Shown piece after piece: positions 36,198 to 49,689 of a stretch of 64,000 nt of DNA. Numbering within the stretch: the stretch's first letter is position 1; each line of letters starts with the position of its first letter. The notes below the pieces were generated by a model. The model saw only the letters and a program-made list of their open reading frames with translations. It had not been told where the DNA came from and searched no databases. Origin of the DNA: Macrostomum lignano (Eukaryota); assembly GCA_002269645.1 (NCBI GenBank), contig NIVC01002444.1, positions 109,151 through 173,150 of the forward strand. Direction: 5' to 3'. The translations under genes and the position numbers were made by a program.

Positions 36198-36539
36198 TCA
36201 TTCGCAGTAGAATTCCAGTCCGATCGGGCCGAATTTCTCTCTAACAACGGCGTCTATAGCTTCGCTCTGGGCCACAGTCAGCTGGGTCTTCCAGTCCCCG
36301 ACGACGCCCTTTCGAATGAAGTTGAAGCCGTTCGGCGTGCTGAAGTTGACGTTCCCGTTCGCCTGCATGGCCTCAAAGCGGCAGTTGTGCGCCACGGTGT
36401 CCAGCTGGCCGGCCGTCAGGCGGACGCCGAGAAAGTCGGCCAGCTGCGTGACGCGGCGCCTCGGCTGGCGCAGCAGGTCCTCATACTTCAGGAACAGCCG
36501 GTTCGGCTTGTCCCGCTGCTGCCACCACTCCGACACCAC
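36198..36539 (-). CDS. Cytosolic sulfotransferase, exon 2
   Basis: Acceptor ctcgagcag|GTG. VVSEWWQQRDKPNRLFLKYEDL...FIRKGVVGDWK contains the RKGxxGDWK PAPS motif. Confidence 0.92.
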   Translation of the reverse strand: MVSEWWQQRDKPNRLFLKYEDLLRQPRRRVTQLADFLGVRLTAGQLDTVAHNCRFEAMQANGNVNFSTPNGFNFIRKGVVGDWKTQLTVAQSEAIDAVVREKFGPIGLEFYCE

Positions 36540-36655
36540 CTGCTCGAGAACAGTTTTTGGCTGCAGGCTTTAATCTACAATTTGCTACTAAAAGTAGATA
36601 ATTTCGAATCTGATTTAAATCAATTTTAAAAAAATTGTCTCTGTGAATCTTCAAC

Positions 36656-37210
36656 CTGAAAGTAGTCGCCGCATTTTGTACTGCCGCGCATGAAGATGTC
36701 GAAGAACTCATCCCAGCCTCCGGGCCATGGCCCGAACAGCGGCATGCCGGTGTAGAACTTGTACAGAGAGTTGCAGCAGTCCTTCGGATTGCGGGCCACG
36801 ACGATCACTTTTGGCGCGGCTTCATCCAGCCGGTTCTTGATGAACGAATACGGGCAGTGAGTCTTGATGAGGCGCACAGACTCCTGCGGCGCGCTCTCCA
36901 GCAGGTCGATGGGCATAGGCAGCTCTGCGTCGCCCTGCCAGCGCGGGTTGAACTCGAGGAACGGGAACCGCTCGTCGATGTCCGGGAACTTCTCGCCGGC
37001 GCTGATTCGCTCCCGGTTGAGAATCTCCCAGACAATCTCCTGCACCAGGGTGGTGCCGCTGCGTGGAAAAGTGCACACGCAGATGTCGCTTGGCCGGAAG
37101 CGGAAGTCCTCGCAGCGACGCACAAGCTCGGGCGTGGTGTAGTTGTTCCACACGATGCCCTTGTAGACGAACTCGCCAGTGCACTGCGTTAGATTCGTTG
37201 ATTTCTCCAT
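36656..37210 (-). CDS. Cytosolic sulfotransferase (SULT1-like), exon 1
   Basis: 5'-PSB TFPRSGTT, catalytic IKTH and 3'-PB RNPKDCCNS. Donor CAG|GTTGAA at 36655, phase 0. Confidence 0.92.
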
Positions 37211-40002
37211 CTTGTGCTGCAGCGAGGCTGGCGGCAGTTCAGAGGAATGGCTGAGGGCCCGTTGTCAGAGATGAAGTTCTTATAGGAAAAGGCCAGCCGC
37301 CTGGAAGTGACACGAAGCTGAATCTTTCTGAGCATCTGAGCAGTGCTCTTCTCCCTCTGGCTAGCCATTAACTTGACATCTTGAATTGGAAAATGCATGA
37401 GCCCGACAGCCACCACAGCTCGCTCATTCTCTCTATCTGACAAGCTAAATTCGGTGAAAATTGACTCGAAATTTCTTCGGTGCGAGAAAATCAAAATAAA
37501 CAACTCCAAAAGATAGAGACGTGAGAAAGCAAGTGCTATGGCATAGGGTTTTCTGCTTTGAGATCAAAATGTAGCATTTGAGCAGCTGCATCTGATTGCA
37601 AGAGAGCTGAAGCAGCTGAGTGCTGTTTCGAGTAAAAGAAAGCACTCATAGATAGAGGGCGGTTTGAGACGGCGCATGAGCAGGAATTCCAGAAGCGACC
37701 GAGTTACCCCCAGGCCATGCAGCCGCTGCTCTGTGATTTCTGGCCCTATAAATCTTAATTATGCACACAGCTCAGAAAGGAAAGGAGTGGCACGACTGAG
37801 CTCAGCAGCCTCCACGCTTGAGCACTGCATCTCGCTGCTTAGACATTGTGTTTAGACAAGATGGGTGTAGCTGTATTGCTACAATGAATGCATGGCAATG
37901 CGAACTGCGGCGCCCTGAGGGGCTCGCGGTCTCATTTTCTAGCATCGAACGAATCTGCGTGCACCCACTGCTGATGCGCGAGTGAGCCAGAAGCACAGCA
38001 AACTCTCTTACACTTTGCCCCGCCCAGAACTCGGGACTGCAGCTCTCCAGTGGTGGGGCGATGGAGAAGCTGGATGGAGAGTTACTCGCCGCTGCAGATG
38101 CAGATGTACTAGTGTCTGCGTGCCTCAATACCCGCCCCATTTTTGTGCGTATTTCAATGGTCTGGCTCTCCCGAAAACTAAGCAATTGGATTGGTAAGCT
38201 TATATGGACATAGCTAGTATACAAGGTGCTGACATGTAATAAATTTTAAAATAATATGCATAATAAAACGAACCAATAATAATAATAGGAATCGCGAGGA
38301 AGGACTGCGACCACCCTGGAGCAACGCCTTCGGCGACATCGTCCCGCAGCCAGCGCTGGGGCACGCACTCATGCACACGCTCACACAGGTGTACAGCAGC
38401 CCTGACGTTCTAACCGCCAGGCATGTACACCTCTGTGCCTTGGGGGTCGGCACTCATGGCTGTGAATCGAAGCATGGGTCGCGTGACTCGAGACTCAGAC
38501 GCTTTTACGGCTAAGCTGCAGCTCTGCTCCCTGATATCCACAAGTCTTACAAATCTAAACATTTGGCATCTGCAGTCACATGCTCATTTTGTTGGTTGTT
38601 CATTTTCACAAATATACTTCATTCAAGAAGAAATGAAGCAAAAAGCACCGCTATTTTACTTGCGAGAGTTTACAACTCTAGGCTTATGAAATGAGAAGAA
38701 AATGATATAAAATGAGAGACTTTCACTAATAGCTTGATACTCTATAAACTATCAATACAAAGAAGTAACATGCTTTACATGCTAAATTAATAGAATCTTC
38801 ACTGCCCCAGATCAAATGTAATCATTGATTTTGTCAATTCATCATTAATCATTAATTAATGAAGATTGTATGACACGATAGAACAGATATAATTAGACAT
38901 ATTAGCAAGTAACGGAATTGATTGAAAAGCAAAAAGTTTATGGCAAACAGAGAATTGAATGCTCTGCAGTACGTCATTTCAAGTATTTTTAGTCCTTTGA
39001 GCGAAGAATGTGTATGAATGGGTGATATGCATTTGGAAAAATTCCATTTTCTACTAGATTTTTATGCTTGGCAGGCATTCAGAAAATTTGCGAATGAATC
39101 GGTATAGTAGCGTAGCTGAGAGGTCGCTTCATCTGTTTTTATGGCCGCCATGCACCAACCCTCTGCCCCTCTCCTCTCTCTCCAGGTGACTGCGCTGGCT
39201 ATTCTCTGATCAGAAATTGTCAAACTGAAGAGGCCATCTTTGGTCACCTCTACTAGAAGACCTTTTGCGGCGTCCCTTTGAAATTTGGAAGGACCTTTCG
39301 GGGTAGGGAGTTAGTTATGCAGTGTAAAATATAAATATTTCGAGAGATGAAGTTGGCTCAACCATAGTTTGCTCGTTGCATTTATTAGTGCCACGCCCTA
39401 TTGTTTGCGGCAGGGCGGGTAGGGCTGCGGTCTAAATAAAGCTCGAGGCAAATTTGCTTTTCCCTGCTTGCAGTTTAGAGATTGCATTTTACAGCCGAGT
39501 AGTTGAGCCCACCTGCCCACTGCTCTATACTTGCTTGGTCCCAGCTGCCAGCATAGCTTACCTGGGGCAGTAAAGCCATCTTTGCCAGCCGCCAAGCGCA
39601 GGAATGAATAAGATGAATAGGCGAAGACTTGGCCTGACAATAGAGCGGAAGGAATGCAGGCTGCAGAGGCTAAAGTCTGGCTCATCAGCCAGATTGGCGC
39701 GCATGCAGCTACTCGCAGGACCGAGAGGGCTCAAAAGCTATTAGTGGATTCAAACGATGAGATTTCGAGTGCATTCATTCAACCCAATGCTTCCCAGCAC
39801 AGTGAATGTGAGGCAGTTTGTCTGCATACAGTTTAATTCATTCGGTTTTATTGAATGCACCGAAGCGAGACGAAAAATCCAAGAAAACCGACCCCCCCTC
39901 CTCCGCCCTCAGGTCTTCCTTCACTGGACCTGTTCACAGTCTAGTGCATTAGCGAGTGACGGCTGTTACACGTGTGTCTTTATTTCAAGATTTAAATTTA
40001 CT

Positions 40003-40200
<198 letters not shown>

Positions 40201-40576
40201 GAAGTACATCATCGTGGTTTTCTGCTTTTATTAATGACAAGAATTGGCGAGGTTGTCGCTCAAAAGTAGTTTTTTTCTCTTAACAAATCGAAATAAAGTA
40301 AAACTAGCTAGTATATTAATGTGGGTTCATGTGGATCTGGGTGGAAATTTAGTTTATTTAAATTGATTAGATGGTGTTTTTATTGAAAAAGGTTCCTTAT
40401 TTCTAAAATTAATAACAGCTAAAGTAATTTACGCTATCCCTAGTACCAAAAATAGCGCTTCGGGAGTCAGTAGTCAACAACAAACTGGCCACGCTGTAAT
40501 GAGAGAAAGTGCGTGTAATTATATGAGTATGAGTGTCCAGCGAGTCGGGTCGCGCGTCTGGAGCTGAACTGGCCAT

Positions 40577-40747
40577 TTAGGAGCACGGGGTCTTGAAGAT
40601 GATGAAGACCTGCTTGCCGATCTGGAACACGAACGAGTAGCCGGGCTCGTGGCCATAGTAGCACCAGAACTGGCCCTGGGCGATCACAACGTGCCACAGC
40701 TGGCTATACATCCGGTCCAGAGTGGTCTTGATGCGTTTCGGCACATC
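40577..40747 (-). CDS. TAL-like protein, exon 2 (dynein light chain-like domain)
   Basis: Acceptor ccgctcag|GAT. Manual translation DVPKRIKTTLDRMYSQLWHVVIAQGQFWCYYGHEPGYSFVFQIGKQVFIIFKTPCS* follows the DLC/LC8 pattern (W.vvi.G.f...y.hep..f.f). Confidence 0.88.
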   Translation of the reverse strand, partial: DVPKRIKTTLDRMYSQLWHVVIAQGQFWCYYGHEPGYSFVFQIGKQVFIIFKTPCS

Positions 40748-40834
40748 CTGAGCGGCGGGAGTTGGGAAGCTTTTCTAATTTAATCATCTTAGCTTGAATA
40801 AATCCAATCAAGAAGCGGTCAGGGTTTTACTTAC

Positions 40835-41179
40835 GCTCATCTTCTGGCTGTCCCTCAGAGCCTGCTTGGTGACCTCCACGACCTTGATCTGCCACTCCAG
40901 GGACATGTCGCCGCTGATGTAGATGACATCGGAAGGCAAACCAGCTGCAGCGTTGGCACGCGACTGCTCCTGGATCTCCTTGGCATTCAGGCCGAGCACG
41001 TCGCAGAAGACGCCCAGCTCGATGACGCCGGTCTTGTTCGGGTCGAACAGTTTCTGCCACTTGCTCACAAAGTTCTCGTCATAGTTCATCTTGCGGGCAT
41101 AGACCACGAGGTCATCGATGGTGACTTGACCGCGACCCTGGCGATCGATGGCGAGCCAAGCTTCCTTGAAAGCCTCCAT
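40835..41179 (-). CDS. TAL-like (tegument allergen-like) protein, exon 1: two EF-hands plus linker
   Basis: EF loops DRQGRGQVTIDD and DPNKTGVIELGV, then ISGDMSLEWQ at the start of the DLC domain. Donor AGC|GTAAGT at 40834. Total 171 aa. Confidence 0.88.
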
Positions 41180-43339
41180 TTCTACTAGAGCGATGCGAGT
41201 CTTGAGCTAGAGAATGTAGAAGAAACTACTTGCTGTTGTCGGGTGGTGACGAGCGGCCCGGCCGCCGATGCCGCTTTTTTATACCCTCGGTTGCAGGCGT
41301 CGCCCAACCCCTCCACCTTCATCTATAATGGCTACCAACCCCCTCGGATGCTGACGAAGACCCTGCGGCTCGTTGTAGGGTTGGCCAGTGAGGGGGTGGT
41401 AACTGCCGGGCCAAACCCTCATTGAATCAGTAGCTTCATTGTTCCTCCGAGTTTGGTGAGCTCACGCAGACAAATGCTGTTCTCGCCCCCTTCCCGTAGT
41501 GAGCTGGTTTACTGTCACTGGGTTGGCTGCATCGGGCAGCCCAAATTTTGCCAGCGTGTCGGGGCGCGTGCCGCCTTGACCGGCCCACTCCAGCCTGTCA
41601 GGGCTTCGTTTGTTTTTCTCTTCCTATAGCGGCCTCCATACGCATTGAAGCTATGGCGCCTGTGGCAAGAAATTGGCCCGAGTGCGAGCGACCTCACCCC
41701 ACCAACAATGCCAGTTTTTGTCACTTTATTCTGCTTCTACTTTTTAGTCTCCCGAGCATTCGATGGTACAATGGAATTGTAATCTTTTTTTGGTTTCGAC
41801 TGGCCTGTCCCTCCCTCCTCGGCTCTATATTGCTTCTTTCTGTTTGCAAGCTGCATACCGCTTTTGTCGGTTGCACCGAGTTGCCCAAAGCAGATATGAC
41901 ATTATTCTACACTATCTACGAGCGTAGTATAAGTAGGCAAGTTCTGTACTAGACTTATAGGGCTCCAATTTTCCAATGGCTATTGAGCTTTGACGATAAA
42001 TCTTCGTACCTTCTTCTCTTTTGCATGTATTTATAGACGTAATCCTCTTAAAAAATGCACGGCATCAAGTACCTAAATACGAGTTGCATTCTTAGTCTCT
42101 GCCAACCCTCGAAACACAAAACATTTTCAGCCTAGCTGTAATATATTATCTTTTGTCTGTAAATATACCACTGGAATGACTGTGCGCTGCAGCTCTGGCA
42201 CTATAGACGGTTATACTCGTAGTGATGCAATTCTTACCGCAGGAGGATGCTGGCATCTCTGTGCCGGACAAGAGGGGGCAATGGGCTTCTTATAACAGTG
42301 CTTCTTATATGTCCCCTCGAACTGTTTGATGGCTACAAAGACAGTCGAGAGTCTTGAGAAGATTCCTTCCTATATAAAATTAGGCATTCTGCAGAGCAGC
42401 AGGTGAGACAGTGCAGTCGGTGCACGAACTAACTGCTTGTGTATTATACAGGGCCACTTGCACTTGTACTTTACTCTTATGCCAGTTATTTTCTCAGAAG
42501 CGTTTTTACTGTAGCTTCATCAAATAACAAATTAACTTTAGTAGAGTAGAGGAGTCTACTAAATAGTAGAGGAGAGAGGAGAGGAGAGAAAAAGATAGGA
42601 AAGACGAGATTACAGAGAAGAGATGAGAAGAGACACAAACCTTAAGTGGGCTGGATTGCTATCGTGAAGTCTCAAAGCACCCGATGGCCGGATAGAGACT
42701 CTGTACGTGGGCCAGGAGTTTGCTGACCCCTATCACAGAGAACGCACAGCGCTAAATGAGGTTTCGCCATAGACAAATTCAATCGAGAAAAAATCGATTT
42801 CTCGAGAGCATACAAAGTGCGCCGCCGTGTACCAGATGACCCACTGAGAGGGTGTGCAGCAATATAGTAGTCACTAAGAGGCTGGTCGCCAACAAAAGCT
42901 GGTGAGAAAAAGACTGCTGCGAGTGTAAGAAATATTCCAAGCAATGAAAGTGCTTCGCGAGGAAGATGCACCCGCCATAGAGATGTCTACATCTTGGGTT
43001 GGTGTCACAAACAGCACACGGAACTGGTCAGAGACGATAAAAAAGGCGATGCAGAATTGATTAAACAAACGCAGGACGCTAGCTACGAGTACGAAAGGGG
43101 AAAATTTGAAGTAACCATCAACACGGAGGCTCACTCAGCGAGTGAAGGCGGAGAAGCGACGCGTGCAGAGCACAGTTAATTAACTTGAAGAGCAGGTGAG
43201 TAATGCTGCTCCTTGGTGGCTGAGAAAAGAGCGCTAGAACTGCATGGCTCTGAACACTCCCGACAGAGAAAACCAATTCCCAAATTAAGGAGTGAAAAAC
43301 CTCGTACCTTTTTTGCTAGTTTTGCAAGTAGGCAGTGAG

Positions 43340-44850
43340 CTCAGGTTGTTCTGAACCTTTTGGGCAAAGCTGAACTCCGATTCAAGCTAGAGAATTGCAG
43401 GTTCTTTGAGAGCGAGGTGGAGTACCTGGGCTCGCTTATTAGCAGCGAGGGGTCCGGAAAAGCCCCGAGAAGGTCGGGGCCATCAGAGCCAGCCCGAAGC
43501 CGACAGCCGTGTCTGATTTGCGGCCCCCTCGGTCTGGGAAACTACTACGCCAAGCATGTCGCCAACTTTTCAACGAATTCGAAGGCGGCCCCGCTGTACA
43601 AGCTTCTTCGCAGGGACACTGCGTGAGAGTGGACAGCGAGCCAGCAGTCACTTGGGGGCACTTGCGTCAGACACCGTGCTGACTTACTAAAACTCCGTCA
43701 CTGGCCGCGGGCGCCTCCTCCGTCGGCATTGGAGCCGTCATCTCCCACATGGTGCCTGACGGAACCGCGAGAAGCCGATCGCTTTCGCATCACGGAGCTT
43801 GAATAATGCTGCGAAGAATTACGTCAGATCGAGATTGAGGCACTGGCGATCATCTTCGGCGTGAAGAAGTTTCACAACCACATATAGGGCCAGAAGATCA
43901 CCATTATCACCGATCATCAGCCTCTGCCGGGCATCTTCCGACCGAAAAACGGCGTCTCAGCGACAGCAGTAGCACGTCTGCAACCATTGGGCGTTCACAC
44001 TGGCCGCATACGACTACAACATCCGCTACAAGAACACCAAGCAGCGCAGTAACGCTGATTTCCTATCACGGCTACCCCTGGCGACCAAGGGCAAGGGGTG
44101 TTCTGGACGGAAGAGCGCCAGGGCAGCGAAGATTAGCCGCTGCTGGCCAAAGACATTGCGAGAGCCAGTCGACGAGACACCGATCTCCTAGGAGGTTCTG
44201 GAGTACACGCGTGTGACGGATGGCCGCACGACTGGCGCGGCATGTCAAGAGCCGTACCATGCATCGAAATGAGCTCAGTTTGGCTGCCTGCTGTGGAGTG
44301 CGCGGGTCGTCATCCCTGCGGCCCTGCGATCTAGCGTTCTACAAGAGCTAGCACGCAGATCATGCTGGCATCGTCAGGAGGAAGTCGTGGCACGAAGCTT
44401 CATGTGGTGGCCTGGCCACATCGAGCGGGTAGCCGGCTCCTGCAGCCAGCAGTGCCAGATGGTCGGAGACTACGGCGCCGCTGCACCCCTGGATCTGGCC
44501 GGACCAACCGTTGGGGTGGATTCACATGGACTTCACAGGTTCCGTTGACGGCCAAAACTAAAATTCTGGTGGTGGACGCTACTCCAAGTAGCTACATGTG
44601 GAGAGCAAGTCGGGAGCCTGACAATTAGAGCTGAGGTCGTGAAACGGTTGCTATTCTCCCAGGTGGGGGCTTACCAGATCGTATCTGACAATGGGCCGGC
44701 CTGATCGCCAGTGCGGAGTTCCATGCTGACTTCTGCAAAAGCAACGGAATCCAGCCATTAGCAGCAGCCCCTACTACCACCCTAAAACCAACGACTTAAT
44801 GGAGCGCCTAGTAGACAGCTTCAAGCGGGCCATGAAGTTCAGCCCCCCCT
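43340..44850 (+). mobile_element. Decayed Ty3/Gypsy pol fragment (RT end, RNase H, integrase)
   Basis: FFESEVEYLGSLIS (RT), AFASR..QIEIEALAIIFGVKKFH..ITDHQPL (RNase H), NADFLSRLP, IHMDF and IVSDNGP (integrase), in RT-RH-INT order with many frameshifts. No LTRs found. Confidence 0.85.
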
Positions 44851-47800
44851 CCACCAGTCCCCCGATGGCGATGCCGCTGCATGCCAACATAAGTAGTTAA
44901 TCGATTCACTTTTAGAGCCTATAAAACTTAAGCAATTAAACATTAATCTTTTACATAGTAATATTTCTATGTTAAATTGGCACGGAGGGTAGCCTACATG
45001 GAGATTACCGGTATATGTATATAATAAATAGTAAAGAATTACTTACTTTTCTGGCTGGCGTCTTTTGTTGTCTTTACGGTACCCTCAGTTGTGAAGCTTA
45101 AATTGCAGTATAACAAAGTATGCCTGCTACTGAATTATACAAAATGTTACACGGTGAATTACTGGACGAAAATTGAACTGTTAGTTAATTGCATTTTTTA
45201 ATATGCACTGAATAACTCTTCACTGAAGTTTTTTGGAAAAGCGAGTAAAACTTAACTAAGTACTTTTACGTAATTTTTAGATTAAAGCTACAAATAATTA
45301 AATTTGTACCCTGTCTAATACTGCTATGTATCATTAGTGCATTTTCTTTTTTAGGCGCTAAGAAAATTAAAAAATTTCATAATGTTTTTATGACCTACCT
45401 ATAAAGCAACATAACAATAAACTTATTCCTTACAAGCTTATTTCCTATTTCATTAGTAGGCCTATTCCAGACAATACTTTCAAATACTGGTTGATTGTTA
45501 ATTTGTTTCTGTCTTTTTATTTTCAATCCTTTGTTTTTAGGAACCCTTAGTTCATAATGTAATAAATAAGGCAAGCTTTAGTATCATTGTTGTTAAGTAG
45601 GGCTAGATATATATTTGTGTTTAGAATTAAAAATCCTGACTTCTTTCTCTTCAATTGAACTACTTTAAGTTTTGTTCTAGCATTTTGCCAATGGCAATAG
45701 ATCCAGGTCTTTATTAATAAGTATCACAAATAGTAAAATATAATAAATAAATATAAAAGCTAAATAATACGAATATTTTTTGTAATATAAAAGTTTTACA
45801 TATTATATTTGATTCTTATTTGATCTATATCATCTTAATTGTTAAATTAACTTTCTATATTGATTATTGTCTTTACTATTGGCATTCATTGTTTTTTTAT
45901 CATGTCTAAAACTGTTTATATTTCTCTATTTTATTGTTAAGAAAATATTTTGACAAACTAAAGTATCTTTGTTTCTAAAAATGTCTAACCTTTAACTAAA
46001 TAATTTTAAGATAATAAAATAAATTTTGTTTGATTATGTTAGCTTTTGTTTTGATAAATTTCAATTTGTAACAATTTATACCATGCTTGTCTACTAATCA
46101 TTATATATAACTTTATTGCTAGTAACTAAACTAGTTTTTTTAGTTTTATTCTTAATAGAGCTTAGACAAATACATAGTTAGGATTTTTAAGATTTTTTAT
46201 TTTCTAACAATAATTAGAGATGTTCCAAAATTTCAATTTCAATTTAGATTTTCCACATTTTGTAATTTTTAGGAGTAATTTATTTACATAAAAGTAAATT
46301 AGGAACAAAATCATAAATTTCAAGTGTCAAGTTCCAAAGAAATCTATCTAATCTCAATATTTTTTAACTTCTTTACTGTTTCAAATCAGATTTTATTATA
46401 TTTTTAAAAACATAGATCTATATTTGTTAAAACTATTTTATATATGTCTATAGCATGTTTGTAGAACTATATATTTTCATTAGGCCTAATGTTGCAGAAC
46501 TTAAAAGCTTTTTGCTGATATATTGTGTATTTTGCACATATTACAATATATTTAAGATACATATACATGTGTAGTTTACACAATTGCAATTTTGCTATTC
46601 ATCAGTGATACATGTACATTAACCTAACATACATTGAGTGATACTATACATAGAAGATGTGAGAGAGCAAGAGAAGGTGCCATGCATAGAGAAGACTATA
46701 TGCAATGGGGGTTACATGTACATGTCTATCCTTTGCATATAGTTGTCCATTTGCTTGCATGATACTATAAAACTGCATAATACATATGTGATTCATATTT
46801 TTTTCATAACTTGATTCTTGCTAGCTGAGTCCTGGCAATATTGTTGGAATTATCCTTTCATATAGTTACCACTTAAATATCAGACTACATTATATATAAA
46901 TGTGTACCCATGCCAATAGCAGGGGGGTATAACTAGATGTTATTGTTTTCTTAGCAAAAAAGTATTTGAATTCAAAGTAGCAATGATAAGGAACTCTAAT
47001 TATCCAGTGGCTGAAATATAATATTTTATGCTACATGTATTTTGTTTTGCATGAGCAATAAATCAAAAGTTAAAAAGCAAGTCATACTAAAATTTTTTCT
47101 GAATTTAAATTTCAGAAAATTTTGATTTCAATTTTGATTTTAGAAAGTAGTAAATTTTTATTTTGACAAAAATGCACTTTTGGAAAATCTCTAAATATAA
47201 TATGCATGAGATTTAGAGATATATTAATTGTCTATAAATTTATATTGTATCTGTTTTTCAATATGGAAACATTTAGAATTAATAAGTTAAACTATAAAAC
47301 AATATAATGGATATTAGAATGATTGGATTACATTGGTTCTAGCATGATCACAATAAGTTACAGAGTTAAATATACTAGTATTTAATAGGATATAATAGGG
47401 TAAATAATTCTAGGAATCTGAAAAGATTAAGAAATTTTGCTTCTCCCAAAGATAGGAAATTATAGATATGTTAGGAGGTTTTTAGACAATAGATAGATAT
47501 ACTAGATAGTGGTTACAGGAGCACATATTTTCTATATGAAGTTTTCATATTTAGTTTATTCAATAACTTGAAATACTATTAGAACCATTGATTTGATGGG
47601 TAGGGATAAAGCAAGAGAAATAAGGTTAAGGACTCAAGTAACAGGGATTTTTGACACTATATACACATTGGGATTTGGACAGTAGGGGCCTAAGTTAAGA
47701 TGTATATTTTCACTTTCAATGCAAGTGGAGCTCTTGAAGTAAAAAAATGATTTGTTATTGCTGCACTTTTTAAAATTAAGACTAAATTGGGGTTTGATAG

Positions 47801-47951
47801 ACAAATAAAATACAATCTTGAATACTAATTGCAAGATTGAGATGTGACTCCTATTAAAAATATTATGCACATCAAAGTTTCTGTGAAAAAAACTGAGCTT
47901 TTTGATAATCCTGTATAGTTTCTATATCCACTATGCCTGGCCACACCGCAG

Positions 47952-48224
47952 ATGCTCGCTGCAAGGAATCGTGCCGCTATTCTAATCAGCAAATCGCTGA
48001 TGGGCACCAGCATGTCAGTGCGCACTAAAGTTCTCAGTTTGGACACGATGAACCCGAATGTAAAGAATATTGAGTACGCTGTTCGTGGACCAATTGTAGC
48101 CAGAGCTGCCGAGATTGAGAAAGAGCTTAAATCGGGCCAAAAGAAGCCATTTAATGAGGTCATCAAGTGCAATATTGGCGACTGTCATGCCATGGGACAG
48201 CCGCCGCTCACATTTTTGAGACAG
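47952..48224 (+). CDS. GPT: Alanine aminotransferase, exon 1
   Basis: [17 protein letters not shown]...[28 protein letters not shown], then donor CAG|GTATTT. Confidence 0.94.
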
Positions 48225-48324
48225 GTATTTTAAATGTGTGCTAATGAGTTTTGAGAATCCTGTTAAAATTGCTGGCCATTCTACTTGCTAGGTTTTATAG
48301 AGCAACACCGAATTCCACTCTTAA

Positions 48325-48737
48325 AATTTACAGAATCCCACTTGTACACCATACTGATCCCACTTTTACAGTGTAAATCATACAGAATTTCACTTGTAAA
48401 CCATACAGAATCCCACTTGTACAGTGTACATCATACAGAATCACACTTGTACAGTGTATATCATACAGAATCCCACTTGTACAGTGTACATCATACAGAA
48501 TCCCACTTGTACAGTGTACATCATACAGAATCCCTCTTGTACAGTGTACATCATACAGAATCACACTTGTACAGTGTAAATCATACAGAATTTCACTTGT
48601 AAACCATACAGAATCCCACCTGTGCAGTGTACATCATACAGAATCCCTCTTGTACAGTGTACATCATACAGAATCTCACTTGTACAGTGTACATCATACA
48701 GAATCTCACTTGTACAGTGTAAATCATACAGAATCCC
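48325..48737. repeat. 30-nt minisatellite (ACAGTGTACATCATACAGAATCCCACTTGT)n in GPT intron 1
   Basis: Visible array of about 13 copies. Confidence 0.93.
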
Positions 48738-48836
48738 GCTTCAATGTCATAAGTGCCCGAATGTCCTCCCTCTACAGTTGCATAGCTGTTTCACAAACTA
48801 CCAGCTTAAACGGAGTGATCTATCCCAATCGCCAAG

Positions 48837-49268
48837 GTGACCGCACTGCTGGCTGACTCGAGCCTATTCAAATCCAATCTGTACCCGGATGACGCCAAAC
48901 AGCGAGCGGCTCGAATTCTTGACGACTGCGGTGGTCAAAGTGTTGGCGCCTACAGCCACGCCTGCGGTGTGAGCGTCATCCGGGAGGACTGCGCCAAGTA
49001 CATTGAGTCACGCGATGGCGGGGTGCCAGCCAATAGTGACGATATTTTTCTGTCCACGGGTGCTAGCGAGGCTGTCAAATCTATCCTAGAGCTCCTATCT
49101 ACAGGTAAAGAAGGTCGCGACCAGGTTGGGATTATGATCCCTATACCGCAGTATCCTTTGTACACGGCAACTATTAGCCAGTACAATCTGCGCGCCGTGC
49201 CGTATTATCTGAATGAGGCTGACAACTGGAGTCTGAGCATTAAAGAGCTGCGCCGAGCTTACGAGGAG
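48837..49268 (+). CDS. GPT: Alanine aminotransferase, exon 2
   Basis: Acceptor gccaag|GTG. VTALL...GAYSHACG...IFLSTGASEAV...MIPIPQYPLYTAT...ELRRAYEE, then donor GAG|GTGAGT. Confidence 0.94.
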
Positions 49269-49374
49269 GTGAGTGTTTTTATACTTCTTACTGGGCCCAT
49301 TGCTGCTGTTGTCTCAGTGTCCGGCTCCGAAAGATTAAAAGAGAAAAAGCCACTATCCATGAGCCATACCTGCG

Positions 49375-49625
49375 CACCTGGAAATAGCACCTCCGTCTCT
49401 ATCTGTGCATCTGGAAATAGCGCCTCCGTCTCTATCTGTGCACCTGGAAATAGCGCCTCCGTCTCCATCTGTGCATCTGGAAATAGCGCCTCCGTCTCTA
49501 TCTGTGCACCTGGAAATAGCGCCTCCGTCTCTATCTGTGCATCTGGAAATAGCGCCTCCGTCTCCATCTGTGCATCTGGAAATAGCGCCTCCGTCTCTAT
49601 CTGTGCACCTGGAAATAGCGCCTCC
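49375..49625. repeat. 33-nt minisatellite in GPT intron 2
   Basis: (CTGGAAATAGCGCCTCCGTCTCTATCTGTGCAC)n, about 8 copies. Confidence 0.92.
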
Positions 49626-49689
49626 CTCTCTACCAGTGCACCTTTGAAAAGTTACGTGGAGATGGCGCCACCCTCTCAAGGCACCGAGT

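Noticed and set aside
42672-43200. Short ORFs and a donor-like CAG|GTGAGT at ~43196
   Set aside because: No consistent open frame or recognisable domain.
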